Shown here: piece by piece, positions 23,002 to 34,877 of the stretch
Layout: the number at the start of each line of letters is the position of its first letter
Position numbering within the stretch: position 1 is the stretch's first letter
Source of the DNA: Histomonas meleagridis 2922-C6/04-290x
Lineage: Eukaryota; Protista; Parabasalia
Direction: 5' to 3'
DNA length: 64,000 nucleotides
Assembly: GCA_020184695.1 (NCBI GenBank)
Contig: JAANOX010000202.1
Span: 72,493 to 136,492, forward strand
Notes under the pieces: generated by a model
Told to the model about the DNA's origin: nothing
The model's database searches: none
Seen by the model: the letters and a program-made list of their open reading frames with translations, nothing else
Translations under genes and position numbers: made by a program

Positions 23002-24804
23002 TTATGACTTAAACTCATTACTTATAAAATCGTAAAACTGTTTTGTATCCATTAACATATCCACGAAATCATTTAATTTCCTAAAACGCAGCTCAGTTTT
23101 CGGAAATCGATTTTTCTTTGCCTTCTTAATATATATATTCAGTTCGCTCTTTTTTGGTATTTCGGTCAAATCATCGGAAAATATTTCGATTGAAGACACG
23201 AAGTCGACCACAGCCAACTTCGGACTTCCGACCAATCGATAGAGGTATTCGCTCAGCGGGCATCTTTCTTCTATTTTATTTTGCGGGTCGATCCATAGCG
23301 AAACGTTTGGATAATATCTCGAGAATTTACTATCGAAGTTACAATATATTGGGATACACATTCGACTCATCCATGTTTTGTTCTTAAGCCCATATTCGAA
23401 TCGTAAAAACCATTGTAATTCGGGTATTAACGAAAATGTTTTATCTTCATCTTCAATACCGCACATTTGGGATAAACATTTCTTCTTATAATTTTCCATT
23501 AATAATGATATGAACGAACGAATATTTCGGTTTCGATTAAGATGTGGTATCATCATCATTGGATTAGTGCTCGATATAACGGGAATGAAATCAGACGACT
23601 TACGAAATTCTTGCGTGGACCATATCGTATCAAAATATGATTTGCCGCTTTTCGTAAATCGAATATATGTTGTCTCAACTCCGAACATTGCTGTGTTCGT
23701 ATGTGAATCAACACTTTTAGGTGTAAGACGGAATTTTTTGGAAAAAAATTCATTAGCAGTGGAACTCGTCTTTTGTTTCTTATGGATTTTATAATTGGTA
23801 ACATAAGAAGTCATTGAAACATTAAAAATATTGTCTTTTGATATGTGCTTGATAAGAAGCTTGAGCTGATCGTTGTAACCTTCTGAAAATTGAGGGGCGC
23901 ATAGAAATAAACCGTCGACGTTGATGGGGTCATTTTCGTTCTCATAGTGCTCTGGGCCAAATGGAGAAACCCAATCAACAAAGATATCCTTCAAACAAGT
24001 GCGCTTCGGCCCTTTGGTTGAGAAAAGAACAATGCGAGTGAAATGTTTAGAACTCACATCAGAAAGTTGTTTGATGAGATCATCAACACTAGTTGTCCCA
24101 GAATGTGGTTGAAGCTGATTAAGGTATTTCTCAATTGTTTCATAATCACCTTTTGTATTACTACCTTGAGTGAAATCAAAAACTTTACTTATATTCATGC
24201 TGCTTGAAAAATCAAATATAAGAGTTTTGCCTTCGCTAACTATCAAGTAACTGATTACATTGGTTTTGAGAATGGCTATTTGAAAAGAGATAGATTGTGG
24301 AAGATTTTTAATAACAAAAAGTGAGTATTGGATGAGTTTGTCAAATTCTTTGGGATTACAACATGTGTCTATAGCAAAAACAAGTTTGAAATATGTGTCT
24401 GTAAGTATTTCACGAAAAATAAAATTTGAAGATCCGTATCTAAATTCTGTTTGTTGTTTGAATAGCTTATTGCACCATACACATTTAAGGTTGTCACCCT
24501 CTTTAGAAAAATACACGTCAACAATTGCATTGCAATTTGGACATCGAGGCGGATTAATTTGTTGAAAAATTGATTTTGAGGCTTGATTATAATATTTTTC
24601 ATCAAACGGGTAGAACTCTACAATTATAGGTAAAAATGATGCTGGGTTGGAATTTGTTGAAGGCCATACTTTTAAAGATGAATGGAATGGTAAATTTTTT
24701 GAAGAATAGGAATAATGTGACTTACGAGTAGAACTACTTGGGCTAAATTGACATGAAATAGCTTTTCTAGGGAACCTTGTTTCTCGTAAAGTCAATCTTT
24801 TCAT
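23002..24804 (-). CDS. Sec23/Sec24-like zinc-finger/vWA protein (divergent)
   Basis: PPRCPNCNA...KCVWCN zinc finger followed by LVFAIDT vWA strand. Confidence 0.75.
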   Translation of the reverse strand: MKRLTLRETRFPRKAISCQFSPSSSTRKSHYSYSSKNLPFHSSLKVWPSTNSNPASFLPIIVEFYPFDEKYYNQASKSIFQQINPPRCPNCNAIVDVYFSKEGDNLKCVWCNKLFKQQTEFRYGSSNFIFREILTDTYFKLVFAIDTCCNPKEFDKLIQYSLFVIKNLPQSISFQIAILKTNVISYLIVSEGKTLIFDFSSSMNISKVFDFTQGSNTKGDYETIEKYLNQLQPHSGTTSVDDLIKQLSDVSSKHFTRIVLFSTKGPKRTCLKDIFVDWVSPFGPEHYENENDPINVDGLFLCAPQFSEGYNDQLKLLIKHISKDNIFNVSMTSYVTNYKIHKKQKTSSTANEFFSKKFRLTPKSVDSHTNTAMFGVETTYIRFTKSGKSYFDTIWSTQEFRKSSDFIPVISSTNPMMMIPHLNRNRNIRSFISLLMENYKKKCLSQMCGIEDEDKTFSLIPELQWFLRFEYGLKNKTWMSRMCIPIYCNFDSKFSRYYPNVSLWIDPQNKIEERCPLSEYLYRLVGSPKLAVVDFVSSIEIFSDDLTEIPKKSELNIYIKKAKKNRFPKTELRFRKLNDFVDMLMDTKQFYDFISNEFKS

Positions 24805-25365
24805 TCAGATTACCACTTGGCATTAGGGCACCCTCGATAACGATCATTTGCTATCGGTCCAATTGAACTTATCGTATACTATAAGTAATGGTGTCAAATG
24901 ATCATTAAGAAAAATAAAGCTTTATTTGAATACACTGCGCAAAAATGAAAATGCTTATTAAAGTTTTGTTTTTTTTGGCAATATATCTGTTGGTAAAATA
25001 GAGATAGTGCATTGTTATTTTGATAATCATCATGATGACTTTCTACAAAACTTTCGGACATTGATTCCATTTTGATTAAACTACAAGTGTGTTCAAGAAA
25101 AATACCGTATAATTCCCAGTACTTTTACAATGTAAAAACTGGTTAAAATCACTTTTTGATTGCGATGAAGATAAAATGTTTTTGAAGTCGTCAAAGCCAC
25201 TCAAAGCATTTGAAGAATCCAAAGAACAATGATAAATCAGAAAACAATAGAAAAATAGAAGTCTGCATTATACATTAAATAATTATTTAATTCAAAATTC
25301 GGTATCAAATGAATATTTATAAAAGTTTATACATTTAAATATATAATTTTTTATTAAATTTCTAT

Positions 25366-28300
25366 TTACCATAGATCCTCAATATCGAACACGTCTATTA
25401 CATTTCTTTTCGATCTAATGATCAATGCTATTTGTCTTGCTTCGTCTTCATTCTTGCATGCAATTTTCAGCTGTTTATTTTGTGCCACATTGAACGTAAT
25501 CATATCCTTATCGACTGACATCATTACGATTCTCTTCACCATCACTCTTGCGACCAATTTCTTCTCCTTAAACAAGAAAGCCCACACGTCAGCAATACAT
25601 AACACGTAACTATTTCTTCTATCATTATTAAACACATTTAATTTCAGCTTCAAAATTTCGGCCTTCGAAGCGTCTTTCTGTATCAAATATTGATAAAACG
25701 CTTCCGCCTTATTATATACTCCTATTTTATCCATTGGCGAAGCTCTCGGATATCTTTTTCTTTGATGTATTTCTTCTTTTGTAATTGCTTTTCGAACTCC
25801 GCCAATAACTCCGGCACTTGCATCTAAAAAACCTGTTACAGGTTTAGCGACAACACCAAACAAACCTTTGCCAACACCTTTAATAGCTCCAGTAAAACCA
25901 TTTTGTTTAGCGCCTTCGATAGGTTTCATAAATATACCAGTGATACCATTCATTATGTTTTTGCCTAACGATGAAAAGCCATCAATTATAGTATCTGTTG
26001 AGCTTTGATTAATTCCTTGCGTGTTTAATGTTTGATCTTTATCATCATCAATCATATTAATATAAGAAGAAATACTTCGAATGAATCCTTCGCCACCTTG
26101 TAAGATACCTCCAAATGTACCAGTGATTAAATCAGTACCTTTTTTACCAATGTTTAATAAGACATCTTCTGGCGATTGAACATCAGTAGTTGTCGGATCA
26201 TAAAATACTGATTTAATTCCTTGCATAATACCACTTACATTAAATAATATATCCGAATGACCTGCTAAGCCCCAAAGTTTATTTATTAATAATTTATAAT
26301 TATTTAATAATAATATCTTTAATGTAGTAAATGATAATGATTTGGATTCAAATGAAAAACAATTTAATTCAATCGGCGCATTTGTAATATTTGGTATATA
26401 ACGTAAAAATCGAATTTGAAATCGAGGATTTGGTGGTGTAGAATATGGTCGACCTGTATAACCTCTAAATGTTACATTAATTAATATTGGATGTATTTCA
26501 AAATGTTGAAATGATACTATTAATTCATCATTAATAGTTTCTTGATATATAACTGGTTTTAGATCAGACTTTAAAAATGATTTTGGTTTAAACATTGTAA
26601 AGAATGTTAATATATCACTTAAAAATGCATAATCCAAAAAAATCGTAATCGGTTGAATAGATAATATAAATGTTTTATATGAAATAAATAATGGCGATTC
26701 ACGAAATGATATAGCAGAAAGATGGATAAAAGGTTTTGTTTCATATTTTTCACCAAATAATATTACTGGGAAAACAGAAGCATTAAATTGATCATCAATT
26801 TGTATTGAATCGACCATGAATTCAATTAAATGATTATCATTTTCACAAGTCGATTTATAAAATATATTTGTTAATGATATAAATGAAAGTTCTTGAAATG
26901 TATTATCTATTAAAGAAATATCAATTTCACTAATTAAAATGTTTATATATATCGAATAATCAAATATGGAATAAGGTTGTGAAAATAATATTAACATTCG
27001 GACGCCTTTCTGTATAGTTTTTAGTTGTGCATAGATTGATAATGTCTTTATAAACTGTGGCTCTGTATCTGCGGTTAAATGAATTTGTTGAATTTTATGA
27101 TTAACTTCAATGTTAATACTTTTAGTATCAATAGGATAATCAAATGCGAAAAATGATGAAGAATTTGTATTAACTAATAATAAATTTTGTTGATTTATAT
27201 GATATACATTTATTGGAATATCTAATAAATTTGTAATGATTAAAGGTGTAGGGAAATGAGGTTTTCTAAAATGTACTAATAAAGTATTTCCCATAATATT
27301 TATTTCCATTTCTATGAATATATTATTCATTCTAAATACAGTTCTAATTGGTGTAGATAATATTACTATAGTTTCAGTATTAATTTCAGGGATACGTAAT
27401 AAAAATGAAAACTTTTTATTTGATATTAATATATTTATAGTTTCATTAGGATTAATATTCTTTATAAATAATTTAACAGGTATATTATTATTATCAATAG
27501 GTATTAATTCAAGTTTATATTTTAATTCATTGGATACTTTTAATACGATCGAAAATGTAACTATAGTTGTATGAATTAATGGAAATGGTGCAGGTGTAAT
27601 AGAATGATGAATTGGCACAAAGATATCATTATTTTCTTGTGTAGGCAAAAATATATTTGAAGAACTTCCTATAGTTGAACAATCGATTTTTTCTTGACTA
27701 AATTTAGAATATAATGATTTAATTTTTATATATAATTTATCCGAATTTATAAATTTAGGATTTCCATAATTTATTTGTTCAGTAATAAAATCAATTGGTT
27801 TAACTCTTTTAGAATACATTAATTGTAGTGGTGTTTCACATTGATTAAATAATATTGATGGAGTATATAAATATAAAATTGGAATTTCAGAATCATTTTC
27901 GATTTGTGCAAAGATATACATATAATTATCTTGTTGTGAATTCTTTAATGAAAACATATATTTCTCATTATATGATGAAATTTTGATAACAATTTGATCA
28001 GAAACATTATAATTCTCACATGATATTGACATTACTAATACTTCTAAATTACTATTTAATGGAATTGAATATTTCTCAGTAGTTTTAATATTAGTTTGTA
28101 AATTAATATTAATGAAATTAATTTTTAAGTCAAGTGGTGCTTCATTCATTATAATTATTGTTGGACAAATTTTTATTAAACCAATTGTATCATTTTCTAT
28201 TATTTGTGATATTTTACATGGTATTAAATGATTTATATTATATAATTTATAATAATATGCATCAGAATTAAAATGTTTCAAATTTAATGGTTTAATCTTT

Positions 28301-31300
28301 AATTGATTTATATCTTTAGGAATTTTATTTGCAATTAAAAGAAATGGTTTATTAATATCAATATTTCGAGGTAAAGGAAATCTTTGATTTGGTTGAATAA
28401 TTCCAATATCATTAAATTCTTCTTCTTTAATTTGTAATATATTAATAGGGAAATTAAATAAGTTTTCAAATATATAAATCGATGATAATATTATATTATT
28501 ATTTTTACGTAATATAACACAATAATTAGTAATTGCTGTTGGATAAAAGATATCACAAATCTTAAAATTAAATTTATTAACATAATCATAATATACAATA
28601 ATATTATCATTGTTTTTAAGATTTGGTAAATAAATCTTTTCATTATTTTTAAGTTTATATTCTTTATCTAATATTTTTATTGTTAAATCCATCGAAACAA
28701 AGTTTTCGATTGAATAAAAATTGGAATTAATATCATTTTGATTTATATCTTCTTCATTATTTTTTAATTCTTTTACTTTAGTAATGAATTGTGGATGAAA
28801 GTTAAAATATAAAGGTGAAGTTGAAATTGATAATTTTTTAACATTTATTTCGTTTTGTATTTGAATAATCGTTTCGAATTTCTCAAGTATTGTATCCCAA
28901 TTACCTGTATAAGTATTATAATAAAGTGTTTTAAATATAAATTTTGTTGATGCATTCTTTTCAGTTGAAATAATATCATTAAATATTAGATTTGCTTTAA
29001 TAATTGGTATTCTTTGATTAGATGAAAATATAAAATTAATTTTCGATGATTTAATTATAATATTTTTTAATGAATTAAAGAAATTATATTTTTTAGTTTC
29101 TTCTAATGATCCACTTTTATTTACATTTGTTGGTAATTCAATAATTTGATTTATTGTTGATTTAAATAATTTAATATCATATTTAGATATATTAATATTA
29201 ATTGGTGTAAATGATATATTATTATTTGAATATGTTAATGAGAATTTATTTAATATTTGTAATATATCATTGTTTTGATTAATAATTCCAATCGAAAAGT
29301 CATTAATTCCATAATTGTTATTTGATGCAAATAAATTCGCTTCTGATATATAATGAAGATTTTTATCAAATGATTCTAATTTTAGTTGAATATATTTGAT
29401 TATAAATGAATATTTATATGTCTTATTTTCAGATGAAGAAATTTGTTGTGTTTTATTAATACGTTTTGTTGGTTTAATGATATAATAATATTTATAAATT
29501 TTGGAGATTTGTTCCGGTTTAATATTAACTAAAAATTTTTCGACGTTTCCTTCAATATAATAATGGTTATATAAAAGATTTAAATTATTTATATCAAGGA
29601 AATCATTTTTAATTGATTCTATTTCTAATTCATATTTTTGATCTTTATTAAATTGAAGTTTGCTAATTGCTAATGAAACAATTCGTTGATTATTATCAAT
29701 AATATTTGTGTTAATTTCATTAATAATTCCGTTAAAATTAAATTTTATTTTATTATATTTTGTTACATTTGATGTATTTTGTTTTTCATTTTTTGTAAAA
29801 TATAATTTTCGATAATTATTATAAATATTATCTTCATAAGTAAATAAAATTTGTTTCATATTATATTTAATCAAAATCGAATTAATTAAATATAATTTTT
29901 CTTTTTCCATTAAATCAAGTTTAAATTCAATTCCAATGTTATTTAAGTTTAATATATTTATTGAACTATTAAATATCGACAATGAATCCAAATTGAATTG
30001 AATTAATTCGATCGAATTTAATGTTTTTACATAAAAATTATTTAATGTTAAATTAGTTTCATCAAATATTCCATTCATTTTACTTATTAATAAATCAATT
30101 TTATAATTTGGTATTAATAATTCATCACTTTTATTATTATCTTCAATAACTTCTTCATGAATAATTAAACCCATTAAATATTTCTTTAATTCTATAACAA
30201 ATTGTTTCGTTAAATTAAAGTTTGTATTACATAAATTGCCTTCATAAGTATTATTGGAAAGAGAAATATTAAAATCTTCATTAACTTCAATATTATTATT
30301 ATTTGTATTTTTAAGATAAAGATTATTAGTCTTTAAATCAAATCTATAAAAGTCATTATCACCATAAGAATAACTGAAATAAAATGAATTCGAATTTAAT
30401 TTTGCAAGTTCTTCTAAATCAACATTTAAATTTATGAAATTAAAATTAAGCGTTAAAATAGAATTCGATGAACTTGTTGTAGAGTGATGTTGAAATGATG
30501 AATAATCATAAGTTTGCTCAAAATTCATTTTTCGCTCAAAATTTTCCGAATCACTAAAAAATTCATATAAAAAAAGTATAACTTTTTGATATCCATATAC
30601 ATAAAGATTATCAAAAACGAAATTATTTAAACGATTTTGATATTCAAATGAGAAATTATTCATATTAAGGAATTGATTTTTATCAATCAAATATTCTTTT
30701 CCTTTAATATTATTCCCTTTAACACATGTTTTAAAGTATTTTTCATTAATAAAAGATAATTGTAATAATGAAAAATCCAATTTAAATATTTTCTTATTTT
30801 GATATAATACATTTAATATAAAAGAAGGAAAATCAAAATCAAAATAACTTGGATTTATAATATCATTTTGATTTTGTTCATTATTATTATTATTATCATT
30901 ATTTAATATATTATCAACTTCATCAATAATAAAGAAAGTCATTTCAATCAGAAGTAAATATTGATATAAAGTTATATTTACATTAAGTTTTGGAAGTTTT
31001 CCAATTCCTTTAATATAAGTTAAAACATCCGAATTCAAAATAGCCATATCAAGATTATAAGTCGCATTAAATGTATTTATAATACAATCGTTTTGTAAAT
31101 AAATTTTCGTTTCATTAAATTTTAATATATATTGATTATATAACGTTGAATAATCATTTGGATTTAATATTTTATTTGGAGTTAAACTCATTTCAATTGT
31201 TTTACATTCGATATCTAATGAAGGCATATCTTTTAATTCTTGATAAGGAATTTGGATCTTTGGTTGATTAAACAAAATTTGTATTGTTCGAGGTTTATAT

Positions 31301-32904
31301 CGACTTATAGCATTTTTAATTTCAACAATTGAAGGTATTTTATTCTCTTTTATTTGTTTTGAGTTTTTGAATTTAATTTTATTTTGTTGTTGATAATCAT
31401 TTGAAAAGAAATTAATGAAATTATTTAACCAATTTAAATCAATTATTAAATTTGTTGGTGGGAAATTAATTTGAAAATCAGAACTTCCATCAGATTTAAA
31501 TGAAGCATTTATTATTAAGTTACCATTACTGATAAATGTTTTCGGGAATTTTAGACTTATATCATTATACATTATTAAATTTAATACTTTCATCTTATAT
31601 TCCATATCATATTGTATTTTCTTGAAGTTGAATTGTATTTGATTCGTTTCTAATCTCGTCATTGGTTTCATTAATTCATTAAGAATTGATATATTTAATT
31701 TGTTAATATGTAATTTGGACATAAATAAAATAGAATTCATATTCTTAGGTTGGCCTTCTAATAAAAGATCAAGTTCTTCTTTTGTTAAACTTGTGGTACT
31801 AATATCTTGTTGTTGTCGAATCTTTGCTTGTGCATAAGTTCGTAAAAATACAATTGTCGAAAGTTCAAATTGTCGTTCGAATGATTTAATTTCTTCTTTA
31901 GTACCATTTTGTCTTAATTGTACATATATACTTCGATTTTTTAATATTTGGATTGCGTTTTTAACATCAAATGTATGTGAATGCTTTTGTGCGATTGAAC
32001 ATCGATGAATAAAACGCCACCATAAACCGGATGATCGGTCTGATCGTGGATAACGATTAGGTCTTCCACAATGAGAAAATTGTCTTCTTTTTGTAAATTG
32101 TCGATATTGTTCTTGTAAAATAGTAATTCCTTTCCATTGTAAAGAATTGATTATAAAGCTAAGTTCTTGCGTATTAATGATAAATTCATTACTTTGATTT
32201 CGTTTTGTAACATAAATCCCATTGAAAGTAAACGGTTCCATTAAATATTGATGCGATTTGGAATAAATCGATGATAACATTTCTTCTTCAAAATTATCTT
32301 GAGAAATAGGTGTAGCATTAGGATCCGCATAAATAGAAAGTGCCGTGATTTTTGTTTGCTTTCGAATGATCTCTGATAATGGTGGAATTATTGTTTCTTT
32401 ATAAAACTCATCAACTGAATATGAATTTAAAGATTGAATTGTAAAGCCAATAGCAATCATGGAATCGTCAATAGGAAGCTCAAGCCTAACATGCATGTTT
32501 TTAATGTTGATTTGAATATTGTCAATTACTTTATTCATAATCGATGAAAAAAGTCCTCCATCTGATACTTGGTCTGTTTCATCTGGTAATTCATTTGTTT
32601 CTAAATCTTTGTCTGTGAGAACATTCCCTGAAATCGAGCCTAGAATAAAAACATTTTCAATTGATACTATGCTTGGTTGAGAATCAAGTTGACCCCAAGG
32701 AAAAACTAAAGAAATTGATTTTACTGTACCTCTTTCTACAATTAATGGTATTTTATTTTCTGAGAATGCGTTACTTGAAATTTTTAAATTTTCTAATCTT
32801 GCTTTTCCATTCCATAATTCTACTTCTAATTGAGATGAATCTATTTTTTCTATGTATTTACCAAACATATGACTAATAACTTTTGCTATGACACCATTAA
32901 TCAT
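25366..32904 (-). CDS. VPS13: VPS13-family lipid transfer protein
   Basis: Chorein N-terminus (FGKYIEKID..L..ELWNG...LENL), C-terminal GI.GIF.KPIEGAK..GF.G..KGVGKG..GVV.KPV.G..D. Confidence 0.92.
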   Translation of the reverse strand: MINGVIAKVISHMFGKYIEKIDSSQLEVELWNGKARLENLKISSNAFSENKIPLIVERGTVKSISLVFPWGQLDSQPSIVSIENVFILGSISGNVLTDKDLETNELPDETDQVSDGGLFSSIMNKVIDNIQINIKNMHVRLELPIDDSMIAIGFTIQSLNSYSVDEFYKETIIPPLSEIIRKQTKITALSIYADPNATPISQDNFEEEMLSSIYSKSHQYLMEPFTFNGIYVTKRNQSNEFIINTQELSFIINSLQWKGITILQEQYRQFTKRRQFSHCGRPNRYPRSDRSSGLWWRFIHRCSIAQKHSHTFDVKNAIQILKNRSIYVQLRQNGTKEEIKSFERQFELSTIVFLRTYAQAKIRQQQDISTTSLTKEELDLLLEGQPKNMNSILFMSKLHINKLNISILNELMKPMTRLETNQIQFNFKKIQYDMEYKMKVLNLIMYNDISLKFPKTFISNGNLIINASFKSDGSSDFQINFPPTNLIIDLNWLNNFINFFSNDYQQQNKIKFKNSKQIKENKIPSIVEIKNAISRYKPRTIQILFNQPKIQIPYQELKDMPSLDIECKTIEMSLTPNKILNPNDYSTLYNQYILKFNETKIYLQNDCIINTFNATYNLDMAILNSDVLTYIKGIGKLPKLNVNITLYQYLLLIEMTFFIIDEVDNILNNDNNNNNEQNQNDIINPSYFDFDFPSFILNVLYQNKKIFKLDFSLLQLSFINEKYFKTCVKGNNIKGKEYLIDKNQFLNMNNFSFEYQNRLNNFVFDNLYVYGYQKVILFLYEFFSDSENFERKMNFEQTYDYSSFQHHSTTSSSNSILTLNFNFINLNVDLEELAKLNSNSFYFSYSYGDNDFYRFDLKTNNLYLKNTNNNNIEVNEDFNISLSNNTYEGNLCNTNFNLTKQFVIELKKYLMGLIIHEEVIEDNNKSDELLIPNYKIDLLISKMNGIFDETNLTLNNFYVKTLNSIELIQFNLDSLSIFNSSINILNLNNIGIEFKLDLMEKEKLYLINSILIKYNMKQILFTYEDNIYNNYRKLYFTKNEKQNTSNVTKYNKIKFNFNGIINEINTNIIDNNQRIVSLAISKLQFNKDQKYELEIESIKNDFLDINNLNLLYNHYYIEGNVEKFLVNIKPEQISKIYKYYYIIKPTKRINKTQQISSSENKTYKYSFIIKYIQLKLESFDKNLHYISEANLFASNNNYGINDFSIGIINQNNDILQILNKFSLTYSNNNISFTPININISKYDIKLFKSTINQIIELPTNVNKSGSLEETKKYNFFNSLKNIIIKSSKINFIFSSNQRIPIIKANLIFNDIISTEKNASTKFIFKTLYYNTYTGNWDTILEKFETIIQIQNEINVKKLSISTSPLYFNFHPQFITKVKELKNNEEDINQNDINSNFYSIENFVSMDLTIKILDKEYKLKNNEKIYLPNLKNNDNIIVYYDYVNKFNFKICDIFYPTAITNYCVILRKNNNIILSSIYIFENLFNFPINILQIKEEEFNDIGIIQPNQRFPLPRNIDINKPFLLIANKIPKDINQLKIKPLNLKHFNSDAYYYKLYNINHLIPCKISQIIENDTIGLIKICPTIIIMNEAPLDLKINFININLQTNIKTTEKYSIPLNSNLEVLVMSISCENYNVSDQIVIKISSYNEKYMFSLKNSQQDNYMYIFAQIENDSEIPILYLYTPSILFNQCETPLQLMYSKRVKPIDFITEQINYGNPKFINSDKLYIKIKSLYSKFSQEKIDCSTIGSSSNIFLPTQENNDIFVPIHHSITPAPFPLIHTTIVTFSIVLKVSNELKYKLELIPIDNNNIPVKLFIKNINPNETINILISNKKFSFLLRIPEINTETIVILSTPIRTVFRMNNIFIEMEINIMGNTLLVHFRKPHFPTPLIITNLLDIPINVYHINQQNLLLVNTNSSSFFAFDYPIDTKSINIEVNHKIQQIHLTADTEPQFIKTLSIYAQLKTIQKGVRMLILFSQPYSIFDYSIYINILISEIDISLIDNTFQELSFISLTNIFYKSTCENDNHLIEFMVDSIQIDDQFNASVFPVILFGEKYETKPFIHLSAISFRESPLFISYKTFILSIQPITIFLDYAFLSDILTFFTMFKPKSFLKSDLKPVIYQETINDELIVSFQHFEIHPILINVTFRGYTGRPYSTPPNPRFQIRFLRYIPNITNAPIELNCFSFESKSLSFTTLKILLLNNYKLLINKLWGLAGHSDILFNVSGIMQGIKSVFYDPTTTDVQSPEDVLLNIGKKGTDLITGTFGGILQGGEGFIRSISSYINMIDDDKDQTLNTQGINQSSTDTIIDGFSSLGKNIMNGITGIFMKPIEGAKQNGFTGAIKGVGKGLFGVVAKPVTGFLDASAGVIGGVRKAITKEEIHQRKRYPRASPMDKIGVYNKAEAFYQYLIQKDASKAEILKLKLNVFNNDRRNSYVLCIADVWAFLFKEKKLVARVMVKRIVMMSVDKDMITFNVAQNKQLKIACKNEDEARQIALIIRSKRNVIDVFDIEDLW

Positions 32905-33008
32905 TGAGAATTTAAATATTTTACGGTTTTATACGAACGATTTTGAAAAAACTGCCAGAAAGGTCATGTCACATCACATTTCACTCGACCCTTTAACGGT
33001 TTCATAAG

Positions 33009-33285
33009 ATGGCAGCACAGCCTCCACATCCCGAGTTAAGAGCGTATTTTTATTTTTCTAACATACAGACACTTGAACAAAGAAATCCGCGTAAAATTGA
33101 ATTGTAACAGAACTGTTTTTGGTATTCTAATAGGTTTTGATCATTTTATGAATTTATCTTTAAGAAATGCACAAATAGAAGTCCCAGATCAACCTCCCGT
33201 TATTGTGAACTCTTGCATTCTCCGTGGAGCAGCTATTTTGTCATTTGAAGGTGTAAATGTCACTGTTGTAGAGAAATATCAATAA
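33009..33285 (+). CDS. SmG: Sm protein G (two exons)
   Basis: Spliced product MAAQPPHPELRAHLNKEIRVKLNCNRTVFGILIGFDHFMNL matches the SmG pattern. Confidence 0.85.
33044..33068 (+). other. Canonical 25-nt spliceosomal intron
   Basis: GTATTTTTATTTTTCTAACATACAG: GT donor, CTAAC branch point fused to CAG acceptor; removal restores the frame. Confidence 0.9.
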
Positions 33286-33640
33286 ACTGCACGAGTAGTA
33301 AATAAATAACATTTAGAATCAAATAACACTAAAAACATGTATAATTTTTATTTTAAAAATGATGATTTGGAAATTGAAATGAGTATTGGTATCTATACAC
33401 AATACAACAAAGAAAAAATTTGTGTAGCAAATCGCTCCCAAAGTTAAAAAGAGTATTTTTTGAGTTTAAAAAAATAATAATGATTTGATTCAAAAATAAA
33501 AAATCAAAGAACCTATTACATATGTTTCGCTAATGGCAAAAAGTTTATGCATGTATGTATTTTGTGCTGCTTTTGCAACATTCATATTTATGCTTGGAAT
33601 AAAAATATTTTTTTCACAAAGTTTGTTTGAATAAAATCCA

Positions 33641-34360
33641 ATGTTTAAGTTTACAGAGTGCGATTCCAATGGTTTTAAAACATTTGCAGATAAGGAAAAA
33701 AGCGATATAATTTGTAATAAGTGGGGACTATCAAATCTAATTGTTAAAACATTTACATTCACTGGACAAATATCTGATGCTTTTGATCCCAATGAATTCT
33801 TAGTTCAATTTTTCAGAACACCAGGCTTACCATCAACCCAAATATCAAGTGTTGGATTTGAAACATTAAAAACAAATGTTATTGGACCAAATTTCTTCAA
33901 GAAATTATGGTCAGGACCAGTAAAATTAGTAAGGGATGTTCCCAAACATCCTATTTATAAGTGTATGGATCGAAGGCTTCAAGATATTTGGATATCTGAT
34001 CTTTTGCAAACTGCCTTATTAGATGATGAATCAGATGAATATGCTCAGTTTACAGAGGATGATCGCAGGGAATTGATTTTTCGCATTATGAAAGCAGTAG
34101 TTATTGGTGGCGATGTTTGCCAATTCGAAGATAACTGGGATAATTATGAACCGATTATAATATCTCTTTACAAAGATGTCATTGGCCAAAGTGTAGTTAA
34201 GAATACAAGCGGGGCTATTTCCGTTGTTGCAAGATCATTTTCAATTACAAAAATTAATGGGAATGATATAAGAACTGACTTTGACAGATCTTTTTGCATT
34301 GTTACTATTGATACAATTGGAAAGAAAGTAAGATTGTTTTCTTATAAATGTGCTCTTTAA
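33641..34360 (+). CDS. CFAP300: CFAP300 (C11orf70)-like dynein assembly factor
   Basis: KWGL, DR.ELIFRI.K.VVIGG.VCQFED..Y......LYKD pattern. Confidence 0.75.
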   Translation: MFKFTECDSNGFKTFADKEKSDIICNKWGLSNLIVKTFTFTGQISDAFDPNEFLVQFFRTPGLPSTQISSVGFETLKTNVIGPNFFKKLWSGPVKLVRDVPKHPIYKCMDRRLQDIWISDLLQTALLDDESDEYAQFTEDDRRELIFRIMKAVVIGGDVCQFEDNWDNYEPIIISLYKDVIGQSVVKNTSGAISVVARSFSITKINGNDIRTDFDRSFCIVTIDTIGKKVRLFSYKCAL

Positions 34361-34877
34361 TTGAATTTTTTTTTTTAACTAGCTCAAAATTTTAATGAAA
34401 AAATCATTTAAAAATAAGCACTATAGTGTTGTTTATTAAGAAAAAAAGTCTTGACTTCCAAATCTTTTTGTCTAATGTTAAATGTTACTTCTGTGGGTTA
34501 GTAAAAGTAAAGAGTTGATCAGACAAACGAAGCTTAATCATTTTTCATAAGACCGTCGTTTGTTCTCATCATTTAAAGTACATACTTGTTCAGTTTTTTG
34601 TTGGACCAAATGAAGAATGGCCATACTTTAACGTTCTCTCATTGAAAAGCAAAACGGTTAATAACGGTTTTCATATCACAAATCGAAAAAACCTTTTTTA
34701 GCCAGAATTACCGAAATTTAACATGTTTTAAATCGGAAAAACAAATTTCTTGCTAAATCAATATGATTACATTAACTTTTTTTTGTTTTATAAACTTAAT
34801 AATATGTCTGAAATGTTTTTACACTTTTTGGTTTTTCTTCAGAAATATTTTATTCACATGAATTTTTATTTTACTTG

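Noticed and set aside
27000-31700. Very AT-rich, Asn/Ile-rich centre of VPS13 as an insertion or foreign DNA
   Set aside because: The frame is uninterrupted between recognisable VPS13 termini and the total length is normal for the family; no 17+3 pattern seen.
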